64,000 bases of DNA from a virus: positions 4,124-68,123 of the IMG/VR virus record IMGVR_UViG_3300025110_000002; one strand, given 5' to 3'. The notes beneath the pieces were generated by a model. The model worked only from the letters and a program-made list of their open reading frames with translations, was not told where the DNA came from and ran no database searches. The position numbers were made by a program, and so were the translations under genes. Below, piece by piece: positions 1 through 10,866 of the stretch (position 1 is the stretch's first letter; every line of letters begins with the position of its first letter).

Positions 1-955
1 TTAAAGACTTTTGTATTAAAATAAGCCCTCCACCTGAAGTAGAATCAAAAATATCAACTGCAGGAGCATTCATTGGAGCTTTTTTAGCTACAGAAATATC
101 ATCCTCATTAAAGTCTCTTGTTTGTATTTGTATAATTCCCGATGCATTTTTTATTTTATATTCTATTTTAGTGTCAGACCCAGGGTTGTTTAAAGAATAT
201 TTTTTAAATTTTGGTATATAAATACGCCTAGGAGGATTTATATTATCCGTCCAAAACAGCATATCATCTATAATATTTATACCTGTTATTTTATTTTGTT
301 TTGAAAAGTTTAAAACGCCACCTGACGAGTAAGTAACACTTGGCGAAATATTTCCTAATTTTGGAAAATCATAAATAATATTTTTAAATACCATTTCATC
401 ATTTTCTTTTCTTAAAACAGTATTTTTAGGAATAGAAATATTAACGTATGGGTCAGAAAGAGTTATATCAACATTATTATTAATTAATACCTCCTCATCA
501 TTTACAATTGGTAAATTATTAACACCTAAAATTTGTATTAAATTTGCTTCATTATAATTTTTAATCACTAATTCGGAATCAACATTACCGCTAAGAACTA
601 TTTGATCTAAAGTTGTTATTACACTATTTTTAGCATCATGTATTACAATACTTACAGCTTCTGTTTTTTCATCATATTCATAAATACAATCTGCTGTATC
701 AGAAGAAACAAACCAATATATTTTATTTTTTAAAGGATAGGCAATACTACCTATTGTAACAGCATTATCAGTACTAGAAAATAAAGTAGATAATCTTTCA
801 TTACCTAATAAATTTTCAATAGCCCCTACATCAGACGCCTCAGATGATGCTATTTTGATGTTTAAAGCATCAATATATTCACCATTTGGTACAAGCCTAT
901 CATCGAGGTCTTTATTCATTCTCCCCGATGTAAAAGTACGCTTAAGTTCCGCCAT
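1..955 (-). CDS. Tail stabilization (muzzle, P22 gp10-like) protein, 3' end beyond the window edge
   Basis: Not in the ORF track because it runs off the edge. ATG at 955 overlaps the upstream TAA. It reads MAELKRTFTSGRMNKDLDDRLVPNGEYIDALNI...ITGINIIDDMLFWTDN, an N-terminus typical of crAss-like tail stabilization proteins, and follows the ring protein genes. Confidence 0.75.
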   Translation of the reverse strand, partial: MAELKRTFTSGRMNKDLDDRLVPNGEYIDALNIKIASSEASDVGAIENLLGNERLSTLFSSTDNAVTIGSIAYPLKNKIYWFVSSDTADCIYEYDEKTEAVSIVIHDAKNSVITTLDQIVLSGNVDSELVIKNYNEANLIQILGVNNLPIVNDEEVLINNNVDITLSDPYVNISIPKNTVLRKENDEMVFKNIIYDFPKLGNISPSVTYSSGGVLNFSKQNKITGINIIDDMLFWTDNINPPRRIYIPKFKKYSLNNPGSDTKIEYKIKNASGIIQIQTRDFNEDDISVAKKAPMNAPAVDIFDSTSGGGLILIQKSL

Positions 956-1848
956 TAGTGTTTAATTTGTTTTGATTTGCCCCTCATTGTTTGAGTGAGG
1001 TCTTCCATATTAATATTAGCTAGTCGTAGTTTTGCAGATCGCATTGTAGCTTTCCTTTCTCTTTTAAGTCTATTTATTTGATATTCAGGTATATTTGATT
1101 TAGCTGACATAATAGCCAAAGCTATTGATTTATACATTGCTTCTTCCGCAAATTTATGTATTTTCATATCATCATCTACATTAAGTCCGTCTGAAACATA
1201 TTTTATAATTATTATTTTACTTTTTACGCCACTGCTAAACGATATAACACCTCTTGGCTGATCAATAATAAATGTATCATTTTTATTAGCATCTTGAGGA
1301 TTAATTCCATAGCGCTTGCCAAAATCTACATTATAACCATAACCTTCTTCTAAATAGTTTACGTCAGAAGCGTCTGGTGTGTTTGTTGAATTATCCCTTT
1401 GATTTTTAAATCTTTTAGCCGCTTCAGATTCTTTACCTATCAATACATTACCGGCATCATCATATAAATAATTATAATCTTTATCTTGTAAATAAGGAAC
1501 AGGTGCAGTGGTATTGTTATTAGGTTTTAAAGGTCTTTCTAAACCATTATCATCTAAACAAGTTATTCTCACGTAGCTAACAAAATCATGTGGTAGCGGT
1601 ATTGATAAAGAAGGAGGAATTTCTACTTCAATTGATTTTACATTATCTATAGTATCATAGCTTAATTCCTGTAGTGTACGTTGCGCATGATATGCAACTT
1701 CAGTTCTTTTAACAGATTTAATTATTTTATCATCACCTACATAAGAAACTAAAAAATTACTTATAATATCATCAACTGTAACAAACTGATAATAACCTTG
1801 ATTCTTACTATTGTAGTAGTCTTTTGGAGTGTATTGTGCTAAGGCCAT
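955..1848 (-). CDS. Tail ring/adaptor (tail tubular) protein
   Basis: 297 aa with an LPHDFVSYVRI motif typical of ring proteins, located between the capsid and muzzle genes. Confidence 0.65.
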   Translation of the reverse strand: MALAQYTPKDYYNSKNQGYYQFVTVDDIISNFLVSYVGDDKIIKSVKRTEVAYHAQRTLQELSYDTIDNVKSIEVEIPPSLSIPLPHDFVSYVRITCLDDNGLERPLKPNNNTTAPVPYLQDKDYNYLYDDAGNVLIGKESEAAKRFKNQRDNSTNTPDASDVNYLEEGYGYNVDFGKRYGINPQDANKNDTFIIDQPRGVISFSSGVKSKIIIIKYVSDGLNVDDDMKIHKFAEEAMYKSIALAIMSAKSNIPEYQINRLKRERKATMRSAKLRLANINMEDLTQTMRGKSKQIKH

Positions 1849-1851
1849 TTA

Positions 1852-2532
1852 TTATGATTTTTCTTTTTGTACTTTTAAATTATCTTTTTGTTCTGCTACT
1901 TGACTTACTTCAGGCTGTTTTATAATTATTCCAGCATAACTTAGTATTTTATATACTACGGTGGTTTCATCAGATTCATGAAGTTCAAAATCAGTTGAAG
2001 ATGAAGAGTCAAATTTTGCTACATTACTTATGTCAACATAGCCCCAAACCGCTTGGGCAGGTTGTTTTATGTAAGTGCATGTTAATGAGGTAATTGTAGA
2101 AGGATAAACAGTTAGGTTATTTCCATTTCTTATATATACTGGTTTTTTAACATCAGGTTTTGTTAATTTAGAAGCATTTATATGCAAAAAATCATTTTGA
2201 TCAATTGCATCTAACTCAGTAGTATTGTTATAATAAACAGTACCAAGTCGATATAAACCAGAAGGAAGTGCAAATACGGAATTTGCTAATGAAAGAGAAG
2301 AAGTGGTTCTGAATAAATTAATTTTTTCTTTTATATTATTTACTATGTTAGCATACTCATTTGTTATTTCACCAGCACGGTTGAACTGATTAAGATCATA
2401 AAAGTACTGCTCAAACACCTCTAATTGTGCTTGATTTGCCAAAAGATTATATTCTTGTGGTGTCATATAACCTCTATTCTCTTTATTTAGAATGGCTTGT
2501 ACTCTTTGATATACTGTATCTATACTAATCAT
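1852..2532 (-). CDS. Tail ring/adaptor protein
   Basis: Likely start at 2532 (MISIDTVYQRV...NKENRGYMTPQEYNLLANQAQ). Contains FALPSGLY and YIKQP motifs. The longer start in the track crosses a hairpin. Confidence 0.65.
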   Translation of the reverse strand: MISIDTVYQRVQAILNKENRGYMTPQEYNLLANQAQLEVFEQYFYDLNQFNRAGEITNEYANIVNNIKEKINLFRTTSSLSLANSVFALPSGLYRLGTVYYNNTTELDAIDQNDFLHINASKLTKPDVKKPVYIRNGNNLTVYPSTITSLTCTYIKQPAQAVWGYVDISNVAKFDSSSSTDFELHESDETTVVYKILSYAGIIIKQPEVSQVAEQKDNLKVQKEKS

Positions 2533-2551
2533 ATCTTTATATTTATAATGA

Positions 2552-2572
2552 AGGGCCACACTAAGTGACCCT
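2552..2572 (-). terminator. Intergenic stem-loop (terminator or processing hairpin)
   Basis: AGGGTCAC-TTAGT-GTGGCCCT on the minus strand just after the stop at 2588, with only a weak U-tract. Confidence 0.5.
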
Positions 2573-2587
2573 ATCACTATAGTTTGG

Positions 2588-3361
2588 CTATTTAATTTTC
2601 TTTTCTATTGCCTTGTAAACCTCAGAGCCTTCATCTGTTTTTAAATATGCAGCAAATGCTGAATATGGATTTTCATCAAAAGGTACTGTCATTAACTTCT
2701 TGTTATTTCCATACCAATAAAAATTTCTTTGTTCTTGGTCTAAATATATTATTGAAGCTTCAGTAGCTTTTATTGTAAAATTTCTGAGCTGTACATTATC
2801 ATCATCTACTAAATTTAAAAATAACGCAGGGTCATTTTTTGCAAATACTAGTAAATCTCTTTTTATTTCTTGAGATGTCATCTTAGAAACTTTAGAACCC
2901 TGCTCCACTCTTAAAACAGCTTCTGCGTGGTCAATTTCTAATTGTTTAGCTAAGTTTAACGCCTCTATTTCCATTTCAATATCTGCAAGTTCATCTGTTG
3001 CTTCAGCAACTGTATCTACCTCGTAGTAAGTGTTATTGCGTTGAGGATGATATATTGATAATAATTTTTGCAAACATTGATCAGCTTTTGGCACAAATAA
3101 TGTACCATTTTTAAATACTATATGCTGTAACGTACTTCTACCTTTTTGTTCATCAACAAATGGCGATTTTTGATTAATAGCATATCTTAGTTCCCTTGAA
3201 TATCCAGCTTCTTCATCAAACCACATTAAAGGAGTTCTCCCGTGATGTCTAGATGCTAAAGTAAATGTTAAAGGTTCTTTATTGCCTGTTAGTACATAAG
3301 TTCTATCCTTTAGTTCCCATGATGGTTTAACCGGCACAGATTTTTTCTTTGTTGTTGTCAT
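2588..3361 (-). CDS. Conserved head-module protein downstream of the major capsid gene
   Basis: Likely start at MTTTKKK (3361) after an AT-rich leader. The position next to the capsid gene matches crAss-like head modules. Confidence 0.55.
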   Translation of the reverse strand: MTTTKKKSVPVKPSWELKDRTYVLTGNKEPLTFTLASRHHGRTPLMWFDEEAGYSRELRYAINQKSPFVDEQKGRSTLQHIVFKNGTLFVPKADQCLQKLLSIYHPQRNNTYYEVDTVAEATDELADIEMEIEALNLAKQLEIDHAEAVLRVEQGSKVSKMTSQEIKRDLLVFAKNDPALFLNLVDDDNVQLRNFTIKATEASIIYLDQEQRNFYWYGNNKKLMTVPFDENPYSAFAAYLKTDEGSEVYKAIEKKIK

Positions 3362-3397
3362 GATATAATATAATATAATTAATAAATGTAAAGGCCG

Positions 3398-3420
3398 GAG
3401 CACCCTTATATAGAGTGCCC
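3398..3420 (-). terminator. Stem-loop downstream of the major capsid gene
   Basis: GGGCACTC-TATATAA-GGGTGCTC on the minus strand, 18 nt after the capsid stop. Confidence 0.55.
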
Positions 3421-3438
3421 CAATCTTTACTTTGAATA

Positions 3439-4911
3439 TTAAGCCTGCTGAGCAGCAGTTTTAAATAATACGAAGTTATTAGCTCCTTGAACACACAAAC
3501 ATCTTTCTGATAAGAAGTGTACATTCATTTCGTCAACATCAGATGTATAAACTCCACCTACAGATCCAGTGATCCAAGATTTCATTTTTCTATCATCAGC
3601 TTCTGAAGCTCTATATCTTACGTGCAAGAAAGGTCTCTTGATATTTTTGCCAAGTGATTGATCATACACTGTGGAAGTTCCAGCAGGTACAAGTATTCCA
3701 TCAACATTGCCACCAAGTCCTCTTGTTGTAGCATCATTTAAATATTTCCAGTCAGTCTTATAAAAATCATAAGAACCTCTTCGGAAACCACTGAACCCAA
3801 GATTAAGTGCCATATCTTCACTATTATTAAATACTCCATAAGAAGTACCACCATTATAGTGAGCATTTACAGCACCTAGCATATCGTCAAATGTAAGAGC
3901 AGTAGCCCTATTAAGGAAAAGCATATTTTCTTCAATAGCACCTTGCTTATCTAGATTTTTAAGTATTTCATCAAAATCTTGTAATGCAGATCTTGAATTA
4001 CCATCAGAGTTATCTAATGCATCTTCGCCTGAATTAAAGTTTTGATAAATATTACCTCTTGATTCAACAGCAGCAAATAAACCTTCAGTTCCTTTATATC
4101 CATCGCCAATAGCGCCAGATCCAGAAGCAGCAAGTTCACCTTCTACCATAGCCATTTCAAGGTAATCCTCGAATCTAAGTCTTGTTTCATGCTCTGATTT
4201 TAAATACCATAGATAACCAGAAGCTCCGTTTTCTGTAGTAACCTCAACCCATCCAATTTGCGCAGTATCAGAACCAGAGATATTATATTTATCTTTGATA
4301 ATAATAGGCGAGTTAGAGAATTTTTGGAAACCAGCATCAACAGAACCGTCCATTCCTGCAGTACCTTTCTTAAATTCAGAACCATATACAAATACCTTAA
4401 CAGTTACACCAGTACCTGAAGTAAGTCCAGCATTAGTAAGTGTTGATCCACCGTAAGCTTTAACAGTAAATGTGTTAGTAGCTACTGCAGAAACAACCCC
4501 TTTAACTACTTTATCAGCAGTCCAAACAGCAGTCCCACTAGGGTATGTTCCAGCTTCAATAATAGCAACTGTTTGTCCAACTCTTACTGCGTGACCGTTT
4601 TCAGTAATCACACCTGTAGTTGTATTAGCAGAAGCTGCACTGTAGGCAATATGTAATCTTCCTTGTTCTGACCAAATAATTTGATCTGAAGCGGAAGGAA
4701 TTTCAGCACCAACCATACGAAGGAAAGAAGCTACAGATCTATTTCCATATCTTTCTACTTCTTTTTCGTATACGTCAGGTAAAAATTGTTGTGTAAACGT
4801 CCCTCCACCAGAAGAGTCGTCAAATGTTAGGTAGTTAGTACCAAACAATGTTTTAGTTGGGGTAGGCGTTAATCCCGCGGGAAACGATCCACCCGTTTTA
4901 AATAATCCCAT
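3439..4911 (-). CDS. Major capsid protein (HK97 fold)
   Basis: 490 aa with QFLPDVYEKEVERYGNRS...WSEQGRLH and GTEGLFAAVESRG motifs, in portal-scaffold-capsid order. Confidence 0.85.
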   Translation of the reverse strand: MGLFKTGGSFPAGLTPTPTKTLFGTNYLTFDDSSGGGTFTQQFLPDVYEKEVERYGNRSVASFLRMVGAEIPSASDQIIWSEQGRLHIAYSAASANTTTGVITENGHAVRVGQTVAIIEAGTYPSGTAVWTADKVVKGVVSAVATNTFTVKAYGGSTLTNAGLTSGTGVTVKVFVYGSEFKKGTAGMDGSVDAGFQKFSNSPIIIKDKYNISGSDTAQIGWVEVTTENGASGYLWYLKSEHETRLRFEDYLEMAMVEGELAASGSGAIGDGYKGTEGLFAAVESRGNIYQNFNSGEDALDNSDGNSRSALQDFDEILKNLDKQGAIEENMLFLNRATALTFDDMLGAVNAHYNGGTSYGVFNNSEDMALNLGFSGFRRGSYDFYKTDWKYLNDATTRGLGGNVDGILVPAGTSTVYDQSLGKNIKRPFLHVRYRASEADDRKMKSWITGSVGGVYTSDVDEMNVHFLSERCLCVQGANNFVLFKTAAQQA

Positions 4912-4928
4912 TTTTTTTAAGTTTTAAG

Positions 4929-6197
4929 TTATTTTCTGATTTTAATTCTTAAACGTTCAAAATCATCTCCACTTACTGCTTTAACCTGCATTCCACTATT
5001 AGTAGTTACATTTTCATGTGTACCTCTAGGGTTCATATCTATGTTTTTAGATTTCGCCATGCTTTCTTTAACTGCATCGGCTTTACCTTGTTCATAAAAA
5101 TGATTAGCAACGGCATCGGCATTCATAGCTGTAAATAATGCTTTGTGATAACCTCCAGCATCTTTCATATTATTTTTATTGTCAACAAATTTGCTAACTA
5201 ATGAATTGATGTCAGATTGCTTTTCTTTTACATTATTTACATCTTTTACTTTAAATCTATATCTGTTATCGCCTACTTTATATTCAAAACCTTTGAAATC
5301 ACGGGAAAACAAATCATTTGTTTTTTGTTCAAATATAGATCGCTGTTGTTTCGATGTTTCTTGCGTTTGTTTATAATTGTCGAAAAACTTAACCGCCTCT
5401 TGTTGATCCGGAGATAGATTAGAACTTAACTTAAGTTCATCATAATATTTACTCTTTCTACTATTAAGATTTGATTTAGCCTCGGCAATTGATTCTTTTA
5501 AAGCAAGTTTTTTTCTTTTAATATCTCTTTCTTCATCACTTTCTTCGTCATAAGAAAAAGAATCTTCAATTAAAAAACTTATTTCGTCTTCTGATAAATG
5601 CGGTTTTGTTTGGCGATAATGCTCTTTTAATACTTGCATATCTTCCATACCCGCATAATCTTTATTAAGATTTACATAATCTTCAAGAGTCCCACCAGTT
5701 TCTTTCATAAAATCAACTAATTTATTGATATTTTCTGGTAACTCATTGGGTTCTTGTATATTATTTACGTCTTCTGTTTCCTCTTTAAGTTTATTAGGAA
5801 TATCTTTTATTTTTTCAGATAATGATTCTGCTGAATCAGTTTCTTCTTTTTCAGTTACTAATTCAAGTACCTCTTCCTCCTCAGCCGCATTTTCTTCTTT
5901 TTCCGAAGTTTGTTCAACCACCACTTCTGTTTCTTGTTCGGGCTCTTTAACGGCCTCCACAATTTTTTCTTCAGAAACTTCTTCTACTTTTTCTTCTGTA
6001 GAAGCTTTAGTTTCTTCTTCTTTAAATTTACGTAAATCTAATTTTAAAGTCCCGTCTTCGTCTGTTGGCGTTTTATACGGAGCTTCTTCTTTTTTCTCTT
6101 CTTTTGAAACTGGTGCTTTTTCTTTGGTTTCCTTTGTTTCTTTTTCTACAGGTTCAACCTTTTCTTTTTGCACAGCCTCTTTTTCTTTTTTTGCCAT
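4929..6197 (-). CDS. Putative capsid scaffolding protein
   Basis: Highly acidic E/K-rich N-terminal half and coiled coils, between portal and capsid genes. Confidence 0.65.
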   Translation of the reverse strand: MAKKEKEAVQKEKVEPVEKETKETKEKAPVSKEEKKEEAPYKTPTDEDGTLKLDLRKFKEEETKASTEEKVEEVSEEKIVEAVKEPEQETEVVVEQTSEKEENAAEEEEVLELVTEKEETDSAESLSEKIKDIPNKLKEETEDVNNIQEPNELPENINKLVDFMKETGGTLEDYVNLNKDYAGMEDMQVLKEHYRQTKPHLSEDEISFLIEDSFSYDEESDEERDIKRKKLALKESIAEAKSNLNSRKSKYYDELKLSSNLSPDQQEAVKFFDNYKQTQETSKQQRSIFEQKTNDLFSRDFKGFEYKVGDNRYRFKVKDVNNVKEKQSDINSLVSKFVDNKNNMKDAGGYHKALFTAMNADAVANHFYEQGKADAVKESMAKSKNIDMNPRGTHENVTTNSGMQVKAVSGDDFERLRIKIRK

Positions 6198-6227
6198 GAT
6201 AAAATATTATATAATTATTAAAAATTT

Positions 6228-8651
6228 TTAGCGGGGATCAAATTGTTCTAAGTTAAACCCACTCCCCATGGTATCATTACCGGCGGATTCAAACTCTTGC
6301 TCTCCTGTTTTGTCTTTTCTTTGTTCTATTAATTTAGATTGCTGACTAGCTTGTATTCTAGTTCTTTCGTCTTTTCTGTCCTCTTTAAACGTTTCTTTAT
6401 TTTTAAAAACATTAGCTTCTTTATCTTTTAAAGCTATATTTAAATCAAATTCAAATCGCATTAATTCTTTTTTATATTCTTTTTCTTGCGATAGCTTTTT
6501 CATTTCAAGGTCAGCCTCTATTTGAGCTAATTGTCCTTTTTGCGTTATAATTGCTTGATTTTTTTGAATTTCGGCTTGCGCTGCGGCTTGAGTTGTTTGA
6601 GTATTAGCATCAGCTTGAGCTTTAATATTTTCTTGCTGTCTTTTTTGATCTGAATCTAATTTTTTTCTTCTTCTAACCTTTAAAAGCTGATTAGCTAATT
6701 TTATATTTTTAATTTCTCTTACATCAATAGCATCTTCTAAATATATTTGATCTTTTGCTAAAGCTTGCTGAATGTTATTTTCTAATTTTTGTTTTTCTTC
6801 TTCATCAGGAGCAAGTTCTATAAATATTCCAAAATCATGCAAATGCATATTTCTTATATCATCTAAAGTCGCAACATTGAATCTTCCAATGCTTGATATA
6901 AAAGCCTCCCTTGTTGGAGAAAATTCTAAAACATCTGATATTCTTAAACTAATAGCTTCTGCCGCTTTAGCCACAAGATACAGACTAGATTGTAATATAT
7001 GTCTTGTAGCTGTATTTGAATTTGCAGCTGCAAGTTTTTGTACACCAACTAAAGAATTTGGATCCGGCATACTACCGTCTCTTGCCTCATTAAGCCCGGT
7101 CACGTCTCTAATCATTTGTAAATAATAATTATAAGTATTAATAAGAGAACTTATTTTATTATTACCACCGTTAGAAGTTAATTCTTGTATAGGAACTTTT
7201 CCAGGATTCATATCCCCCTCTTGTGTCATTGATCTACCTATAACAGAACCTGTTTGAAAAAACATATTTAATGCCTCTTGCGGATTATAATTAGTTCCAT
7301 TACCTAAATCAATTTCAGCTAACCCGTCAGCGTCTAAATAAACCCCATCAGGTATCATTCTTGCTAATACTTGTTGTAGTTTTAAATGAGTAAGTTGAAT
7401 CATATCAGCAAAACCAGTTATTCTACTAACAAGAGATTCAATACGCCCTTTGTATATACGAGGGGCCACTATATTATAATTCATCATAACTTTTGAAGTA
7501 TCACCCTTAGGACGAATCATATTTTTAGCAACTTCCCATTTTAATAATTTTTTTGTACCTAATACAAATGCTCCGTCATAAACAGTTTCTACAGATCTAG
7601 CTTCTTTAGTAAATAGTATTGTTTCTTCAGCAGGAGGATTAAATTGATCGTTTTTAGCAATTGCCTTATCAGCCCCTGTAGCAGTTTGTTTTATTTTATA
7701 TACTTCGTTATTATATGTTTTATAATTAAAATATAAAATTTGAATAGTATTTGCATCTAAAACTGAGTCTTCGTTTACATATCTATTATGTGAGGCTGCT
7801 GTTTGAACACCTTGTTTTGTTAATTCTGCTAAATCTTCATCAGATAATTCAGGGAATTGTAATTTTAATTCATTTATTGTAACGGATTTAATTTCTCCTA
7901 TATAATATACATCATCAAAATAAGGGGAATGAGTATAAGAATAAACTAAATTTGCAGGATCTACATAATCCAATTTAATTCCTTCCGAATTTGTAAACTC
8001 GTTTTTAATGGCTCCAATACCAATAACAGCTAAATCATAATTAACTCTTTTTTGGATTAAATTATAATTATTAGAATTAAATATAGAATTTATTGCTTGC
8101 TCTTCAGCAATTTCAATAGACTGTTTATATTCAAGTTGCATATGTAATGATAATTCATCTTTATTTTCAGGTAAACTATCTTTATCATTATTATATACAT
8201 TTATACCTAATTGTTGCTGAATTTGATCTGATACTTCTTTGGTTTTCATATCAGCTTCAATTGATTCAACATAATCAGTTCGCTCTTTTATTGATGCTGG
8301 GTCTTGAGAGAATGCTTTTATATCATATAATCTGTCAGACATACCATTAACAACAATATCAACAAATTTAGGTATTATTGGAACAGGTTTCCAATCTAAA
8401 TTAAGGTATGACAAATCACCATTTATAGATAATTCATCTTTATACTTTTTTACAGATTGTTCTCCTCTTGCATACAATCTAAGTCTATGATACTCATCTC
8501 TATTAGAATAAAATCTAGTTGCACCGCTGTCTCTTTTAAACCATTCATGCTCTATAGCACGAGCAACTTTTAAACCGTACTCTAGGCTAGCCTTTTCAAT
8601 ATCAGACGCTATTTGACTAGGAAATGAACTTTTTAGTAATGTTTCTGCCAT
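6228..8651 (-). CDS. Portal protein
   Basis: 807 aa with PIIPKFVDIVVNG and TGLNEARDG motifs and a Q-rich C-terminal helix, directly after the terminase. Confidence 0.85.
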   Translation of the reverse strand: MAETLLKSSFPSQIASDIEKASLEYGLKVARAIEHEWFKRDSGATRFYSNRDEYHRLRLYARGEQSVKKYKDELSINGDLSYLNLDWKPVPIIPKFVDIVVNGMSDRLYDIKAFSQDPASIKERTDYVESIEADMKTKEVSDQIQQQLGINVYNNDKDSLPENKDELSLHMQLEYKQSIEIAEEQAINSIFNSNNYNLIQKRVNYDLAVIGIGAIKNEFTNSEGIKLDYVDPANLVYSYTHSPYFDDVYYIGEIKSVTINELKLQFPELSDEDLAELTKQGVQTAASHNRYVNEDSVLDANTIQILYFNYKTYNNEVYKIKQTATGADKAIAKNDQFNPPAEETILFTKEARSVETVYDGAFVLGTKKLLKWEVAKNMIRPKGDTSKVMMNYNIVAPRIYKGRIESLVSRITGFADMIQLTHLKLQQVLARMIPDGVYLDADGLAEIDLGNGTNYNPQEALNMFFQTGSVIGRSMTQEGDMNPGKVPIQELTSNGGNNKISSLINTYNYYLQMIRDVTGLNEARDGSMPDPNSLVGVQKLAAANSNTATRHILQSSLYLVAKAAEAISLRISDVLEFSPTREAFISSIGRFNVATLDDIRNMHLHDFGIFIELAPDEEEKQKLENNIQQALAKDQIYLEDAIDVREIKNIKLANQLLKVRRRKKLDSDQKRQQENIKAQADANTQTTQAAAQAEIQKNQAIITQKGQLAQIEADLEMKKLSQEKEYKKELMRFEFDLNIALKDKEANVFKNKETFKEDRKDERTRIQASQQSKLIEQRKDKTGEQEFESAGNDTMGSGFNLEQFDPR

Positions 8652-8652
8652 G

Positions 8653-10866
8653 CTATTGTATTATTTGCGAATGCATTCCTTTATTATTAAATCTTGAAAA
8701 TTTTAAATCTAAACTTTGTTTTTCATATTTAGGTTTTGGATGATATAAATGTCTGTTACAAGCCATAATTGCCAACCCTGAACTTATAGTGGCATCAAAT
8801 TTTGTTCTTTTATTTATATCAAATCTTGCCCAATCATTGAGTGTTTTATTAAAATATATATTACCGAATCCCTCTTCTGTTATTCCTACATGCTTTTGTA
8901 TATATGTTTCTATAGCAGCCGCATGAGCTTGTTTAATATCTTCTGAAGAATTTGGTATTCCCCCAATTTCTTTTTCAGCGACAGATAATTTATTCCATAT
9001 TTTATCTGGTCTGTTCATTGCGTAACCTCTGTAACCCCTTCTTTTTAAATAATATAAAAGTCGCGGTTTATTATTTTCAGCTAATATTGGCATTCCATAA
9101 TATGCTAATGCTAATAAAACATCTTCAAAAAACATTTCAGCTGTTTGAGGTCTAGCTATATACTCTAAAAAAAATGTGTTTGCGGGAGCGTCTTCCATAC
9201 TAAATTTTGTTAGCCCGTGTAAAGATCCTTTAGATCCCACCCCATCTGTTGTACCTGATATATCATAAGAGTCACATCCAAAAGCGCCAATATGATCATT
9301 ACCAGGATATTTTATTCCATTTTTTATTATAGTATTATTTTCTAAATTTTTTGGTGGAGTCCAAGAAACTAAAAATCTTCCACTTTTGTTTGGTGAAAAC
9401 ATAACTTTAGTATCCTTTATTCCATTTTCCCACATAAAAGATCCTCTTGTAATAAAACCTTTTCTTTCTAAATCTTCATTATAATCTATTTGTTCGTATA
9501 TTTTACTTAAATTAAATATACTATTTTTTGCTTCATCTCTAAAAGCATGCTCTTCAGTCCTTGGAAATTGTCTATAATATTCATTTAACCCGTCTGAATC
9601 ATTTTTTAATCCATCTACTTCATTTTGCCAAAAATCTATAACGCCTGTTTCAATTTGTAACCCGTCAACTCCTTCTTTGGGTTTTTCCGGCGTAATAAAA
9701 ACAGGGTGTCCATAAGAATCAATGTATCCTTCGTAGTTCCATTCCATAGGTATGAACAAACTATATAATCCTGAATTAGTTTGTCCATTACGATTTCTTT
9801 TTGTGACATCTGAATCATTATATAATTTTTTAAAATTATCTCCTCCTTTATCTAATGAATTAGAAGTAGACCCCATTAAACATTTACCAATTATTCTACT
9901 CCCTAACCTTAACGTTGTTTTCGTGACCCTCCAGTTGTTGAGGATATTATCGGGCCTCTCCCATTTCCCTGATTCGTCGTGCGCAAGGAGTTGTAACTTC
10001 TCTCCATCGTAGGAGTTGTCCCCGGTATTCTTCCAATCGATGGTTGTATCCAACCCCTGTAATTCCTCTTTTGTGGATCCACTATTTTCCAATTTCTTTC
10101 TGGTAAGCTTCGAGGCAGGGACTCTATATGCGAGTTCGGTCTTGGGTCGGTCCATACCGTCCTGGATCGGTTTGAAAAAGAAGGGATAGTTAACTGATAT
10201 TGGTACCACCTTGTCAGTAAACATTTTTTTCGCATCAGCTCCAGTTTTAGATAATATTCCATATCGTGAATCTGAGGATATAGTGGCCTGGTGTACCAAT
10301 TCTGAGGATGCCATGAATGAAAATCCCGATCTACGATTCTTAAGGTAGCACATTCCGTAACACCTATTATCGGCCATACATGCTTCCCAAAAGATGAAGA
10401 AAAGTCTGTTTGCTTCTCGAAAGTCTGGCTGCCCAACATCAATCTTGGTCCACTGCAAGTACATATAATGAGAACCAGTAAGATAAGTAGGAATACCTTT
10501 ATTGTAAAACCAAAACCCTTCTTCCCGTTTTTTAAATTCATCATTGATATAATCATACCATTTATTTTTAAAAGTATCTGGATAACCTTCCCAATCAAAA
10601 ATAGTCCTTATTCTACTTAATTCTTTTGGGTATTCTCTAGGCACCCATCTATTGTTATTATTTTCAATATTTTTAGGGACCGATGGTAAAGCTACTATAA
10701 GATTTTGTATTTCTAAAATTTCTCCAATCGTACCGTCTTTACTTATAACAATTACATCGTACTCTTTGTTATATCCATACTCCCATTTTTTATATCTATT
10801 TAATCTTTTTATTATATTAGATTTTATAGGAGTGACACTTTTTACTAATGTTTGTTCATACATCAC
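8653..10866 (-). CDS. terL: Terminase large subunit
   Basis: Variant Walker A LKNRRSGFS, Walker B LLAHDESGK, coupling motif GSTSN, nuclease motifs FGCDSYD and FDATISSG. Confidence 0.92.
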   Translation of the reverse strand: MMYEQTLVKSVTPIKSNIIKRLNRYKKWEYGYNKEYDVIVISKDGTIGEILEIQNLIVALPSVPKNIENNNNRWVPREYPKELSRIRTIFDWEGYPDTFKNKWYDYINDEFKKREEGFWFYNKGIPTYLTGSHYMYLQWTKIDVGQPDFREANRLFFIFWEACMADNRCYGMCYLKNRRSGFSFMASSELVHQATISSDSRYGILSKTGADAKKMFTDKVVPISVNYPFFFKPIQDGMDRPKTELAYRVPASKLTRKKLENSGSTKEELQGLDTTIDWKNTGDNSYDGEKLQLLAHDESGKWERPDNILNNWRVTKTTLRLGSRIIGKCLMGSTSNSLDKGGDNFKKLYNDSDVTKRNRNGQTNSGLYSLFIPMEWNYEGYIDSYGHPVFITPEKPKEGVDGLQIETGVIDFWQNEVDGLKNDSDGLNEYYRQFPRTEEHAFRDEAKNSIFNLSKIYEQIDYNEDLERKGFITRGSFMWENGIKDTKVMFSPNKSGRFLVSWTPPKNLENNTIIKNGIKYPGNDHIGAFGCDSYDISGTTDGVGSKGSLHGLTKFSMEDAPANTFFLEYIARPQTAEMFFEDVLLALAYYGMPILAENNKPRLLYYLKRRGYRGYAMNRPDKIWNKLSVAEKEIGGIPNSSEDIKQAHAAAIETYIQKHVGITEEGFGNIYFNKTLNDWARFDINKRTKFDATISSGLAIMACNRHLYHPKPKYEKQSLDLKFSRFNNKGMHSQIIQ

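Noticed and set aside
5179-7125. Plus-strand ORFs opposite the scaffold and portal genes (e.g. 5725-6231)
   Set aside because: These are S/F-rich antisense shadows of E/K-rich genes. The same applies to antisense ORFs in the fibre, groEL and ejection genes.
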